Below, in pieces: positions 21,036 through 31,568 of a DNA stretch of 64,000 nucleotides. The notes below the pieces were generated by a model that worked only from the letters and a program-made list of their open reading frames with translations, did not search any database and was not told the DNA's origin. Position 1 is the stretch's first letter, and the number at the start of each line of letters is the position of its first letter. Source of the stretch: an uncultured cyanobacterium (GTDB lineage Bacteria > Cyanobacteriota > Cyanobacteriia > Cyanobacteriales > Nostocaceae); contig OY970166.1 of assembly GCA_963706595.1 (NCBI GenBank), positions 1,600,001-1,664,000 of the forward strand, in the 5' to 3' direction. Made by a program: the position numbers and the translations under genes.

Positions 21036-21362
21036 ATGATTGGATTCTTGTTGCTTGTCATAGTATTAATTAGTCCCACTCTGCTGATTCTCTGGAGTGC
21101 CTTGGCGCGGTTTGGGTTTACCTGGAATCTGCTATTGATTCCAGTAGGTAGTATAGTTGGGTTTGTGCTGATGGCGATCGCTGGGGCTTCTTTCTATGAG
21201 TTGATCATCTGGTTAAGCGATCGCCAAACTGGTCCACCTCCGGCTGGTTCACTGGGAGCGGGAACTGGTAGGGCGATCTTGACGTTTATTTTGATGATTT
21301 TATTTGGCTGGATTGGTTCAGGAATTGGCGCTTGGTTAGTCAGGAAGTATTGGATAGGTTAG
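21036..21362 (+). CDS. Hypothetical membrane protein
   Basis: 108 aa with about three hydrophobic helices. Confidence 0.7.
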   Translation: MIGFLLLVIVLISPTLLILWSALARFGFTWNLLLIPVGSIVGFVLMAIAGASFYELIIWLSDRQTGPPPAGSLGAGTGRAILTFILMILFGWIGSGIGAWLVRKYWIG

Positions 21363-21419
21363 GAAATCGTGTTGTGAATAAAGTCTCAGAGTCGGTTCAA
21401 AAATCAAATAGTAGTCTTA

Positions 21420-21737
21420 CTATATTGGCTTTTTGATCCTATTTTCCTCTTTAGCAAACAGTTCTATTAAAGCCACTGTCCCCACAAAAAACGTATAAAT
21501 CGCATATTTGAATGGTGCTTTTTGTTTCCCCGACGCATAAACAGCAGCAATTACCGCTTCCATTAAATGTGCTGTTATGGCAAAACGTTCAATCCAAAAG
21601 ATAAAATTCAGACTACTGGGAGTAGTAATGTTATTGATGATTGCATAAATATTCCATAATTCCCAGGCGATCGCACCAGAAATAAAAATTGTGGAGATCA
21701 CTTTGATTATCGTCGCTAGTGTTTTCAGGATATTCAT
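21420..21737 (-). CDS. Hypothetical membrane protein
   Basis: 105 aa, hydrophobic, AHLMEAVIA..YTFFVG motif. Confidence 0.7.
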   Translation of the reverse strand: MNILKTLATIIKVISTIFISGAIAWELWNIYAIINNITTPSSLNFIFWIERFAITAHLMEAVIAAVYASGKQKAPFKYAIYTFFVGTVALIELFAKEENRIKKPI

Positions 21738-21762
21738 GCAGTTTCAGAGTAACTTTACTTAA

Positions 21763-21937
21763 GAGGTTGTTTGAACAGTCTAATTTATTACTAGCCCTGG
21801 CGACTAGAAGTCGCGGAACCACCCAGACAAAACCCGCCTGCGCGGGTTAAAAACCTTAATTTTTCATTAGTCCACGGAGGTGGACTTGGCCTGTGTAGTA
21901 GCGAATTATATTCGCCCAAAACTTTTCAAACACCCTC
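21763..21937. mobile_element. MITE family A, copy 2 (inverted)
   Basis: Reverse complement of 7043-7215 with the same terminal repeats; flanks TAA/TTA. Confidence 0.8.
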
Positions 21938-21941
21938 TTAA

Positions 21942-23255
21942 TTAAAACATTATCCGGCAAATTGCCAAAGATGCCAGCATTCCGGCTGCATCAGCACACA
22001 GCGCCGCCGGGAGTGTGTAGCTTGTGCGAACAATACCAATACTGCCAAAATAAACCGCCATTACATAAAAGGTAGTTTCTGTTGAACCTTGCATGGTGGA
22101 AACGAGAAAAGACAGAAAACTGTCTGGGTCATTTTTGACAATTTCTGACATCAACCCATAAGAACCACTACCTGAAAGGGGGCGAATTAATGCCATTGGT
22201 AAGGCTTCTGGTGGCAGGGTTATCAGTGAAGTAATGGGAGAAACTATAGCTGTGAGGATATCAAGAGCGCCACTAGCACGAAACATTCCAATCGCCACAA
22301 AAATTGCAACTAAAAACGGAATAATCCGAATGGCAATTTCAAAGCCTTCTTTTGCTCCGTCGGTGAGAACTTCATAAACTTTCACGCCTCGAAAATAGCC
22401 GAATAACAGGAATAAACAAATTAAAATAGGCAGTAGCCAGTTGGAAAGGTTACTGAGAAAAACCATACTGAATATATACGGAAATCCACGGATTGACAGA
22501 CGGTAAAATACAGCCGCCAAAAATGCCACAATTAGACCGCCGAAAACGATATTACCAATCATTCCGGGAGGAATTAATTCAGATTCGGGAGTTTCATCGG
22601 CTGCGGTTTTGCTGTCTGTTTCGGTAGTTTCTAATTCAGATTCTAAAGGAGTCAGCTTAGAGGATGTCCGACGGGCTAAAAGTTTACTAGCAATAATAGC
22701 CACGGCTGTGGAAATGATAGTGGCAATAATTGAGGGTAAAACAATTGCTGCCGGATTGCTAGCCCCAGCACTGGCGCGGACAGTAATTACACCCAGGGGT
22801 AACAGCGTCACAGAGGAGGTATTAATGGCTAAAAACAAACACATCGCAGGTGTTGCGGTTCCCGGATTTGGGTTGAGTTTATTCAGTTCTGCCATTGCTT
22901 TTAAACCCATTGGTGTAGCGGCGTTTCCTAATCCCAGGGCGTTGGCTGCCATATTCATCACCATTGCGGACATAGCCGGGTGATTTACGGGAACTTCGGG
23001 GAAAAGTCGGCTCATGAGTGGACGAATTAAACGGGCGATGAATCGCATCATCCCTGCGGCTTCGGCAACTTTCATAATTCCTAACCACAGCGCCATCGCC
23101 CCAATTAGTCCAATGGCTAGGGTGACAGCACTTTCTGCGGCTTTGAAAGAGGCTTCTGTTAAAGCGGCCATGTTGCCGTTATAAGCTGCTACTACTGTCG
23201 CGGAAACAATCAGGAACAGCCAAATGGCATTGAGTGGCGATGATGATTTTTTCAT
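21942..23255 (-). CDS. SpmA/SpmB fusion, nucleoside-recognition (Gate) domain membrane protein
   Basis: ANALGLGNAATPMG and RPLSGSG/STETTFYV motifs. Confidence 0.9.
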   Translation of the reverse strand: MKKSSSPLNAIWLFLIVSATVVAAYNGNMAALTEASFKAAESAVTLAIGLIGAMALWLGIMKVAEAAGMMRFIARLIRPLMSRLFPEVPVNHPAMSAMVMNMAANALGLGNAATPMGLKAMAELNKLNPNPGTATPAMCLFLAINTSSVTLLPLGVITVRASAGASNPAAIVLPSIIATIISTAVAIIASKLLARRTSSKLTPLESELETTETDSKTAADETPESELIPPGMIGNIVFGGLIVAFLAAVFYRLSIRGFPYIFSMVFLSNLSNWLLPILICLFLLFGYFRGVKVYEVLTDGAKEGFEIAIRIIPFLVAIFVAIGMFRASGALDILTAIVSPITSLITLPPEALPMALIRPLSGSGSYGLMSEIVKNDPDSFLSFLVSTMQGSTETTFYVMAVYFGSIGIVRTSYTLPAALCADAAGMLASLAICRIMF

Positions 23256-23412
23256 CTAAATGTTTAAATCTGAATAAATAATTTTCTGCATAGTAAGCTA
23301 TAGGACGACCAATTGTGAAGACCACGGTATTTCTGTTTTTGCTAATGGCTCCACAAATACCCTTGAGTGTTTGCTTATCTGACTTTTCACGGGATGTGGA
23401 AAAGAAAAAGCG

Positions 23413-23883
23413 GTTCGCGAATAAAGGTGGCGAACCAATCCCCCTCATTTTTTGTATTTAGAGGTTTCTTCAAGTAAATCTTTCAAACCCTGGTTGAGAG
23501 TTTCAATAGAACGGGCTAAAGCTTCGATTTTAGCTCTGGCTGTAATTTGCTCAAGAGCCTCTAAGTATGCTTGACTACCAGCCTTACCTAGATGTGGGGA
23601 TTTAGAAAGCTTGCCATCAGTTAAAGTAGGAAAAATCGGGTCAGTTGCTTGTAGTTTATAATACGGATAAAATCCTTTTCGTCCTTTGGCTAGATAACGA
23701 GCAATCCAACATCCTCCTGGAGCGATGGTAACACTGTCCATAATTGCTTGAATTTCTTGCTCCAGGCGCTCTTTGAGGGAAGCAACTTTCACTATACGCC
23801 CATACAATTCTTCTTTGTCTGTGGGTAGGTTTTGGTTTTTAATGATCAACAAAAGAAATGGTTCGCCACTCTTATTCGCGAAC
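23413..23883. mobile_element. Single-gene element bounded by 25-bp inverted repeats
   Basis: GTTCGCGAATAAAGGTGGCGAACCA (23413-23437) matches the reverse complement of 23859-23883 at 23/25 positions. Confidence 0.7.
23445..23852 (-). CDS. Mobile-element-associated hypothetical protein (basic, coiled-coil)
   Basis: 135 aa, APGGCWIARY..YYKLQA..HLGKAGS; fills the inverted-repeat interval. Confidence 0.7.
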   Translation of the reverse strand: MLIIKNQNLPTDKEELYGRIVKVASLKERLEQEIQAIMDSVTIAPGGCWIARYLAKGRKGFYPYYKLQATDPIFPTLTDGKLSKSPHLGKAGSQAYLEALEQITARAKIEALARSIETLNQGLKDLLEETSKYKK

Positions 23884-24030
23884 AGAAGTTAGTAGCATCC
23901 ACTCCACAGGTTCACATCCGAATGGGGCGTTAATTTCTTGTGCATAAACTGCGTAAACGTTAAAACTGCCTGAATTCTTGAGTCGAGAGGGAGGTTGAAT
24001 TGATACTGGACAATATCTGACTTCGGGGAA
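23884..24030 (-). pseudogene. IS4-family (IS50/Tn5-group) transposase internal fragment
   Basis: Manual translation EVRYCPVSIQPPSRLKNSGSFNVYAVYAQEINAPFGCEPVEWMLLTS matches the Tn5-like 'E..PP.G.EP.EW.LLT' motif; truncated at the inverted repeat. Confidence 0.75.
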
Positions 24031-24286
24031 TTTATATTAGCCTCGATTTACAGCAGCCGCCAAGGAGATTAGGACATAGGAAAAGTCTAAAACCCAGTCA
24101 AAGCAAGTCTTTCACTTTTGATTTTTGACTTTTGACTTTTGCTATACCTACCAGATATTTTTTCAAGCTGCAAAAATAATTTTCATCCTGAATTTCTCAG
24201 CACAAATCTAGCTCATAAATTGATGAGTGTTTTGTATAACTCAGCTTTCACAAATAACAAAAAATTAATTTTTACTCTCGAAAGTA

Positions 24287-25834
24287 TTAAGACAACTTCG
24301 TTAGCAATTCTAAAATTCTTTTTGATGTTGGTGTTAACAAAGTACGGCGATAAGCATCGGCTGCTTTTTTAATCGCTTCTGCTTGAGTTGGGTAAGGATG
24401 AATTACTCCAGATAACCCATTTAACCCAATTTTATTCACAATTGCTGTAGTTATTTCACTAATTGTTTCTCCAGCATGACGGGAGACAATTGTTGCTCCT
24501 AAAATTTGGTCGGAACCTTTTTTGTGGATAATTTTCACAAATCCATCTTCTTCACCATCTGTAATCGCTCGGTCTACACTACTAAAAGGAATTTTGATTG
24601 TATTGATATCAAAACCTTTTTTTTGAGCCTCATGTTCGTACATTCCTACATGGGCAATTTCTGGGTCAGTAAATGTTACCCAAGGCATCACTATACTACT
24701 AAGTTTGGATTTCCCAAAGCCAAAGGGAGAAAACAGAGTATTCTTAATTACAATTCGCGCTGCTGCATCCGCCGCATGAGTAAATTTCCAGTTCATGCAG
24801 ATGTCGCCGGCTGCATAAATTTTGGGGTTTGTTGTCTGGAGGTAATCATTAACTTTTACTCCTTGACGTTGGTCGAATTCTACCCCAACTGCTTCTAAGT
24901 TTAAACCTTCAACATTCGGTGCGCGTCCTGCACCAACTAAAATTTCATCAACAACAATTGACCTTTGAGAACCATTGCTGAGAAAGTTAATCAGCTTTCC
25001 TTCTGGGGTTTTTTCTACACTTTGGATTTGGCTATTCAAAACCAAATGTATATTTTCCTGGATAAAACGATTTTGAATAATTTCTGCGGCTTCGCTATCT
25101 TCTTTATTTAAAATGTGAGAATCCTTATGAAACAAGATCACTTGAGAACCCAAACGTTGGAAAGCTTGAGCCAATTCACAACCGATAGGTCCACCACCAA
25201 TTACAGCTAGACGTGGAGGAAGTTCGGTGAGAGAAAATACTGTTTCATTAGTCAGAAATCCAGATGCTTCTAATCCCTGAATAGATGGTCGCACAGCCCT
25301 AGCACCAGTAGCAATCACAGCTTTTTTAAAGCGAAGTTTTTGATTACCAACTTCAATGATATTATCACCCTCAAACCGACCACTACCCAAGAAAATATCA
25401 ACTCCCAGTTTTTGAAACCGATGTGCAGAATCATGATGGCTAATACCCGACCTTAAACGGCGCATCCGTTCCATCACTGCTGGGAAATCAACGTCTATTT
25501 TTTCTGGAGGATTAATTCCCAAAGCCTTCGCTTCCCACATTTCGCCGACAACGCGAGATGAGCGAATAATACATTTTGAGGGAACACAACCGACATTTAA
25601 ACAATCCCCACCCATTAAATGCTTTTCAATTAAAGCAACTTTTAATCCCACATCTAAACCTGCTGCACCTGCGGCTACGACTAATCCCGCCGTACCAGCA
25701 CCAATCACAACTAAATCATAACAATCAACAGGTTGAGGATTAACCCAATCCGGTGGATGAACATAGGAAATTAATTTTTGGTTATACTCATCCATTGGTG
25801 GAAGAGTAACTTTTTGAGATGCAGAATTTGACAT
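24287..25834 (-). CDS. Mercuric reductase-like pyridine nucleotide-disulfide oxidoreductase
   Basis: GAGTAG, GGDCLNVGCVPSK, GGGPIG, HPYPT; lacks the C-terminal CC of true MerA. Confidence 0.88.
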   Translation of the reverse strand: MSNSASQKVTLPPMDEYNQKLISYVHPPDWVNPQPVDCYDLVVIGAGTAGLVVAAGAAGLDVGLKVALIEKHLMGGDCLNVGCVPSKCIIRSSRVVGEMWEAKALGINPPEKIDVDFPAVMERMRRLRSGISHHDSAHRFQKLGVDIFLGSGRFEGDNIIEVGNQKLRFKKAVIATGARAVRPSIQGLEASGFLTNETVFSLTELPPRLAVIGGGPIGCELAQAFQRLGSQVILFHKDSHILNKEDSEAAEIIQNRFIQENIHLVLNSQIQSVEKTPEGKLINFLSNGSQRSIVVDEILVGAGRAPNVEGLNLEAVGVEFDQRQGVKVNDYLQTTNPKIYAAGDICMNWKFTHAADAAARIVIKNTLFSPFGFGKSKLSSIVMPWVTFTDPEIAHVGMYEHEAQKKGFDINTIKIPFSSVDRAITDGEEDGFVKIIHKKGSDQILGATIVSRHAGETISEITTAIVNKIGLNGLSGVIHPYPTQAEAIKKAADAYRRTLLTPTSKRILELLTKLS

Positions 25835-26007
25835 TTAAAACCTCATTGAATGATTAATAAGCTGTTTCACATTTAACTTGGATGACATGGGCGGGCAAGA
25901 TGCCCACCCCACAAGAATTTAATCTAATTAAAATATGCAAACTAGATGTTTTTCAGTTTAGAATATTACGAATTACGAATTACGAATTACGAATTACGAA
26001 TTACAAA

Positions 26008-26544
26008 CTAATCTGCTCCCCGCACAGGATAATTTTTTTTCAAAATAAAATCGATGGCAGAAAGCATATCTGATATCGGTGGGCGACCAAAGGGGGCGCT
26101 ATTGACAGCAGCATAGGAAAGTCTGCCATCAGGCTTAACTAAGAAAAAACCCGGTTCACAAAATAAGGGGGGTTCTTTTTCAAATGCGCCTTTGGAAATA
26201 TAAAGCCCCCAACTACGAAATAAGTCTATGCTGGCTTCATAGCCAATGGTGAGATTTTTAATTCCCCATTCTGAGATTGATTTTTGAGCATCTGCTTGAC
26301 TGTCTCCACTAATAGCGATCGCTTCTACCCCAAGTTTAGTAAAATTCTCTAGGAGACGTTCAAGTTCTGCAAGATAAGTTTGACAAATTGGGCAGAACCA
26401 ACCACGATAAAAAATAATTAATGTGAAGTTTTGGGGTTGCTGGTCAGAAAGTTGCCAAAGTTTACCATCCAGGGTTTTTACTTCCAATTCGGGAACTTGA
26501 GTACCAGTTAGCAATTTGGTTGTCTTTGTTGTATTTGTGATCAT
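26008..26544 (-). CDS. Peroxiredoxin-like (AhpC/TSA) protein
   Basis: FYRGWFCPIC, YPVRG C-terminus. Confidence 0.85.
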   Translation of the reverse strand: MITNTTKTTKLLTGTQVPELEVKTLDGKLWQLSDQQPQNFTLIIFYRGWFCPICQTYLAELERLLENFTKLGVEAIAISGDSQADAQKSISEWGIKNLTIGYEASIDLFRSWGLYISKGAFEKEPPLFCEPGFFLVKPDGRLSYAAVNSAPFGRPPISDMLSAIDFILKKNYPVRGAD

Positions 26545-26584
26545 TATTTATTTCTCACTTCTCAAATTAGTAATCAGTGCAGCT

Positions 26585-27433
26585 TTAATTCAGATTAATT
26601 TGTTGATTTTCGTCATTGTCTGTAGATTCTAAAACTTCATCTTCTAAAGCCTTACGAGCAACTTTAGTAACATAAACTGTCACCGCAACTGTAGCAATAA
26701 AACCTATAATGCGAATTGCCCACTGTACACCGGGGTTATCGGGTTGAGCCTCAGTACCGATTGTGGCAATGTTACCAGCCAAGGAACCGATATAAACATA
26801 CATGATTGTGCCGGGAATCATGCCAACGGAACCAAGAAAGTAGTCTTTGAGTGAAACGCCTGTTACGCCATAAGCATAGTTCAATAAGTTGAAGGGGAAG
26901 ATAGGAGAAAGTCGCGTTAATAGGACAATTTTCAATCCTTCCCTACCCACAGCTTCATCAATTGCCCGAAATTTGTTATTTCCGGCAATTTTCTTAGCCA
27001 CCCAACCCCTGGCTAAATAACGCCCAACTAAGAAAGCGGCGGTTGCTCCGATGGTTGCACCAATGAAGACATAAAGCGAACCCATAACCACGCCAAAAAC
27101 AACACCCGCACCGAGTGTGAGGATTGACCCTGGTAAAAAGGCGACAGTGGCAACGATATAAAGTAGGATAAATGCCAATGCTCCTACAGCACCCAAACCA
27201 TCAATCCACTGCAAAGCATTTCGCAACCAGATTTGGGGATTAAATCCTGAAGCATTTTGAGCAGATTCTTGTCCCCAAGCTGGTTCGGCGGTAAATATCA
27301 CAGCAACGATAAATGCCATCAGCATCAGAAAAGTAAATTTAACCAGCCTTTGCCAATTCTTCGTGAAGATATCTGCAATAGTTGGCTTTTGACTTTGGGG
27401 AAAGAACAAATTAGTGATAGCAGGTTTTAACAT
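26585..27433 (-). CDS. TVP38/TMEM64 (DedA/SNARE-associated) membrane protein
   Basis: LLTRLSPIFPFNLLNYAYG motif. Confidence 0.9.
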   Translation of the reverse strand: MLKPAITNLFFPQSQKPTIADIFTKNWQRLVKFTFLMLMAFIVAVIFTAEPAWGQESAQNASGFNPQIWLRNALQWIDGLGAVGALAFILLYIVATVAFLPGSILTLGAGVVFGVVMGSLYVFIGATIGATAAFLVGRYLARGWVAKKIAGNNKFRAIDEAVGREGLKIVLLTRLSPIFPFNLLNYAYGVTGVSLKDYFLGSVGMIPGTIMYVYIGSLAGNIATIGTEAQPDNPGVQWAIRIIGFIATVAVTVYVTKVARKALEDEVLESTDNDENQQINLN

Positions 27434-27650
27434 AAGTGATTACTCTCTATAAAATAGTTCTGTTTACAGCTTTCTTGGCTAAGTGTGCTAACTTGTCAAT
27501 TGTTTGTAACTTAGATTATCAAAAATTATACGAAGCTAAAATCAAAATGGATTTACTCAAAATTGATAGATGCAAATTCTGTAGGGGCGGATTTACAGAT
27601 ATGCTCAATTACCCATAAGTGATGCCAAAAATTTTGTAGCGTCTTAAGGA

Positions 27651-27804
27651 TACGGTGTACACACAAGTCGGAAAATTCTCTTTTGTGTCATGAAACCCCA
27701 CCCCTAACCCCTCCCCGCAAGCGAGGAGGGGAATAAGATTTACAGTTAAATTCTATTTTTAGGGCTGAAAACTCGCTCTAATCGAATTTGTGTGTACACG
27801 GTAG
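27651..27804. mobile_element. MITE family C (IS50-like ends), copy 1
   Basis: Ends TACGGTGTACACACAAGT / TGTGTGTACACGGTAG; similar to the copies at 58820 and 62267. Confidence 0.75.
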
Positions 27805-27859
27805 CGTTTTAAAGAGAGGACTGAAGTCCTCACTAAGAACTTTGATTACGCTGTTTTAA

Positions 27860-28201
27860 TTAGAGCGCGGATTGAATTATTTCTGTGTATTGTTTTTTCG
27901 GTTTTAAGCCGACAATTTGTGATAATACTTGCTGATTTTTCAGTAATACTACTGTGGGAGCGCTTCTGACACTATATTTAATTGCCAGTTCAGGTTCTTC
28001 GCTCATATCAAGTTCAACTAAATGTAAGCTGTCTGTATGATCAACAGCTATTTGATGTAGTACAGGTTTAAGTGTTTCGCAGGAAGGACAGTAGGGAGCG
28101 ACAAATTTGACAATGATTAGCTGCTCGGATTCCTGCATTAACCATTCAAAAGCTGCTCGTCCGGTGAAGAATGTTTGATCAATAGAAAAAGTGTCTTGCA
28201 T
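27860..28201 (-). CDS. Thioredoxin resembling the C-terminal Trx domain of NTRC
   Basis: YCPSC active site, SAPT cis-Pro loop. Confidence 0.85.
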   Translation of the reverse strand: MQDTFSIDQTFFTGRAAFEWLMQESEQLIIVKFVAPYCPSCETLKPVLHQIAVDHTDSLHLVELDMSEEPELAIKYSVRSAPTVVLLKNQQVLSQIVGLKPKKQYTEIIQSAL

Positions 28202-28236
28202 ATTTTTTCCCTAATAATTGTGATAAAAAGTACTAT

Positions 28237-29315
<1,079 letters not shown>

Positions 29316-29326
29316 TTTTCGTTGAT

Positions 29327-29896
29327 TTATTGAGTCAAAGCAGTGTCAAGAACCGTTTGATAATCTGCTAAATTTGGATTGTTGCGGTGCTGTGCTAGTA
29401 TTTTCCCGGTTTTAGGCTCAACGATGGTCAGCATTCCCGTTTGAGACTTATTGGCAGATAAAAATTCGCTTAGTCCTAATTCTTTTGCTTTCGCTTCTGC
29501 TTCAGCTGTGGTGGCTTTATCGCTAACATCCAAAACTACAAAATGGACTTTTCCTTCATAGTCTTTTTCCAGTTGGGATAATGTCGGCGCAATATTCTTA
29601 CAAGCAGAACACCAACTAGCAAACACATCTACTAATACTGGTTTATCCTGAATTTCTTGGGCGAGGGGACCCCCTACAGATTTGGCTTTAGCAGCACAGG
29701 GATTTTTAGATGCACAGGGGTTTTTAGACGCACAGGGGTTTTTAGACGCGCAGGGATTTGACTGAGCAACATCTGTAGTTGATGGGGAGGCTTGATTTTG
29801 AGAAATATTATTTGGGTTGGTTGCGCTGCATGATACTGTCAAAACCAGTCCACTCAAACACAGTAGACTTAAGAAAAATTTGCTCGGTTTGTACAT
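29327..29896 (-). CDS. Thioredoxin-domain lipoprotein with 4x NPCA(S/A)K repeats
   Basis: Lipobox TVSC, WCSAC active site, tandem 18-bp repeats. Confidence 0.85.
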   Translation of the reverse strand: MYKPSKFFLSLLCLSGLVLTVSCSATNPNNISQNQASPSTTDVAQSNPCASKNPCASKNPCASKNPCAAKAKSVGGPLAQEIQDKPVLVDVFASWCSACKNIAPTLSQLEKDYEGKVHFVVLDVSDKATTAEAEAKAKELGLSEFLSANKSQTGMLTIVEPKTGKILAQHRNNPNLADYQTVLDTALTQ

Positions 29897-30014
29897 TGTT
29901 CTTTTCCTCACACTTCAACGATATAGTTCTGACACAATGCGCCTTACCTAGATTTCCGGTTGTTTCCCTGAATTGAGGGATGGTAACTGTGAATTGTGGC
30001 GCATCTGTTTATAA

Positions 30015-30039
30015 GACGAGTGAAGATCAGAATTGGATT
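30015..30039 (-). promoter_or_regulatory. Putative ECF sigma promoter AATCC-N15-TCGTC for the trx-ccdA operon
   Basis: Same motif and spacing found three times at this locus. Confidence 0.7.
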
Positions 30040-30137
30040 TAATTAAATTCAAAATGACTTTTCAGCATCTGACGGGGCGTTTGCAGTCATGAAAAATTAG
30101 CTTTACCCCTATTGTTAGGAGTAAAGCCATAATTCAA

Positions 30138-30653
30138 TTAATTGTTTGCTAAAGCGGTTTCGAGTATTTTTTTGTAGTCAGCCTTGTTAGCATTGTTTTG
30201 GTACAAAGCTAAAATGTTGCCAGTAGCCGGGTCAACGATCGCTACTGTACTTGTTTTGCTCTTATTCGCTGCGAGGAATTTCCCTAGACCTAATTTTTCG
30301 GCTTTAGCTTCCGTTTTTTTGAGTTTGGCTTTATCAGTTACATCCAAGACAACAAAGTTAACCTTGCCGGAGTATTCCTGTTTTAACTGCGACAGGGTAG
30401 GCGCAATATTTTTACAGCCAGAACACCAAGTAGCAAACACATCCACCACTACTGGTTTACCTTGAAGTTCTTTGGCTAGGGGTCCCCCTACAGAATTGGT
30501 TTTAGCTGCACCAGAATTTGCCTGAGCAATTTTTGTAATTGATGATTGAGCTTCAGTTGCAGAAATACTAGCTGAGGTCGTTGCTACCGTCGATACGGTA
30601 AAAACAAGGCTGCTCAAACAAATTTTGAGCAAGAAGTTCGCGTGTTTGTGCAT
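30138..30653 (-). CDS. Secreted thioredoxin-domain protein (paralog of 29327-29896)
   Basis: WCSGC; SVGGPLA..KPV.VDVFA shared with the neighbouring gene. Confidence 0.85.
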   Translation of the reverse strand: MHKHANFLLKICLSSLVFTVSTVATTSASISATEAQSSITKIAQANSGAAKTNSVGGPLAKELQGKPVVVDVFATWCSGCKNIAPTLSQLKQEYSGKVNFVVLDVTDKAKLKKTEAKAEKLGLGKFLAANKSKTSTVAIVDPATGNILALYQNNANKADYKKILETALANN

Positions 30654-30768
30654 AAAATTTTTCCTGTTTTATAGCTTCAATTGCTGGACGGATGCTGCCA
30701 CAATGCAAAATACAAAGTTTTGTGGTATTGGGAACTGGAACTGTGAATTGTGGAGCCTCTGTTTATAG

Positions 30769-30793
30769 GACGACTGAAGATCAGAATTGGATT
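30769..30793 (-). promoter_or_regulatory. Putative ECF sigma promoter AATCC-N15-TCGTC
   Basis: Lies in a ~70-bp segment duplicated at 29985-30054. Confidence 0.7.
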
Positions 30794-30815
30794 TAATTAA
30801 ATTTAAAAATTCAGC

Positions 30816-30840
30816 AATCCGATTGTCTTTGCCAGTCGTC
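30816..30840 (+). promoter_or_regulatory. Putative autoregulatory ECF promoter AATCC-N15-TCGTC
   Basis: aatcc-gattgtctttgccag-tcgtc upstream of the sigma gene; unrelated spacer but identical boxes. Confidence 0.7.
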
Positions 30841-30962
30841 ATTAGAATAGATGGTATTTTCTAGAGGAAAGATTTACTTGTTTGAGTTTTGGAGAAAGGT
30901 GATGGAACAAAGCTTATCGCTAACTTGCTCCGGTATCTGTTCAGTCCTGTTTTTAACACAGC

Positions 30963-31568
30963 ATGGAGCCTAAACTTCCCCAGCCAAATTCCAGCGAACC
31001 TTCATCTACTACAGATGAAGCCTTATTTGTGGCGCTCAAAAATGGCGACTCCTCAGCATTAAGCATTTTGTTTAATCGTCATGGTCGTCTGGTATATGGA
31101 TTAGCATTGAAAATATTGGCTAACTCCCAAGAAGCCGAAGATTTAACTCAGGAAATTTTTCTGACGCTGTGGCGAAAAGCATCTAGTAATCCAGATTGTC
31201 GCTTTTTTGTGCGCTATCTGGTGACGGTAACGCGATCGCGCGCCATTGATAAGCTGCGCGATCGCAACAGACAACTCAAACTTGTGGAACGGTGGGGACA
31301 AACCATGTCAAATGAAGCAACACCTTCTCCAACGCCTGTTGAACAAGCAACCTTTGCAGAGCGATCTGGGCGAATTTACAAAGCATTGAGACAACTTCCC
31401 GAAAAACAGCGTCAAGTAATTGAACTGGCTTATAACCAAGGATTAAGTCAGTCAGAAATTGCCAAACAAATTGATATCCCTCTGGGTACAGTCAAAACCT
31501 GCACCCGTCAAGGATTACTAAAACTCAAGCGCATTTTAATAGATTCGGATTTATCAATATATGAATAA
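30963..31568 (+). CDS. ECF RNA polymerase sigma factor (SigK-like)
   Basis: EAEDLTQEIFL region 2; LPEKQRQVIELAY..GLSQSEIA..IPLGTVKT region 4. Confidence 0.92.
   Translation: MEPKLPQPNSSEPSSTTDEALFVALKNGDSSALSILFNRHGRLVYGLALKILANSQEAEDLTQEIFLTLWRKASSNPDCRFFVRYLVTVTRSRAIDKLRDRNRQLKLVERWGQTMSNEATPSPTPVEQATFAERSGRIYKALRQLPEKQRQVIELAYNQGLSQSEIAKQIDIPLGTVKTCTRQGLLKLKRILIDSDLSIYE

Noticed and set aside
24287..25834. Calling the gene merA / a mercury resistance operon
   Set aside because: No C-terminal Cys-Cys, no N-terminal metal-binding domain and no merR/T/P nearby
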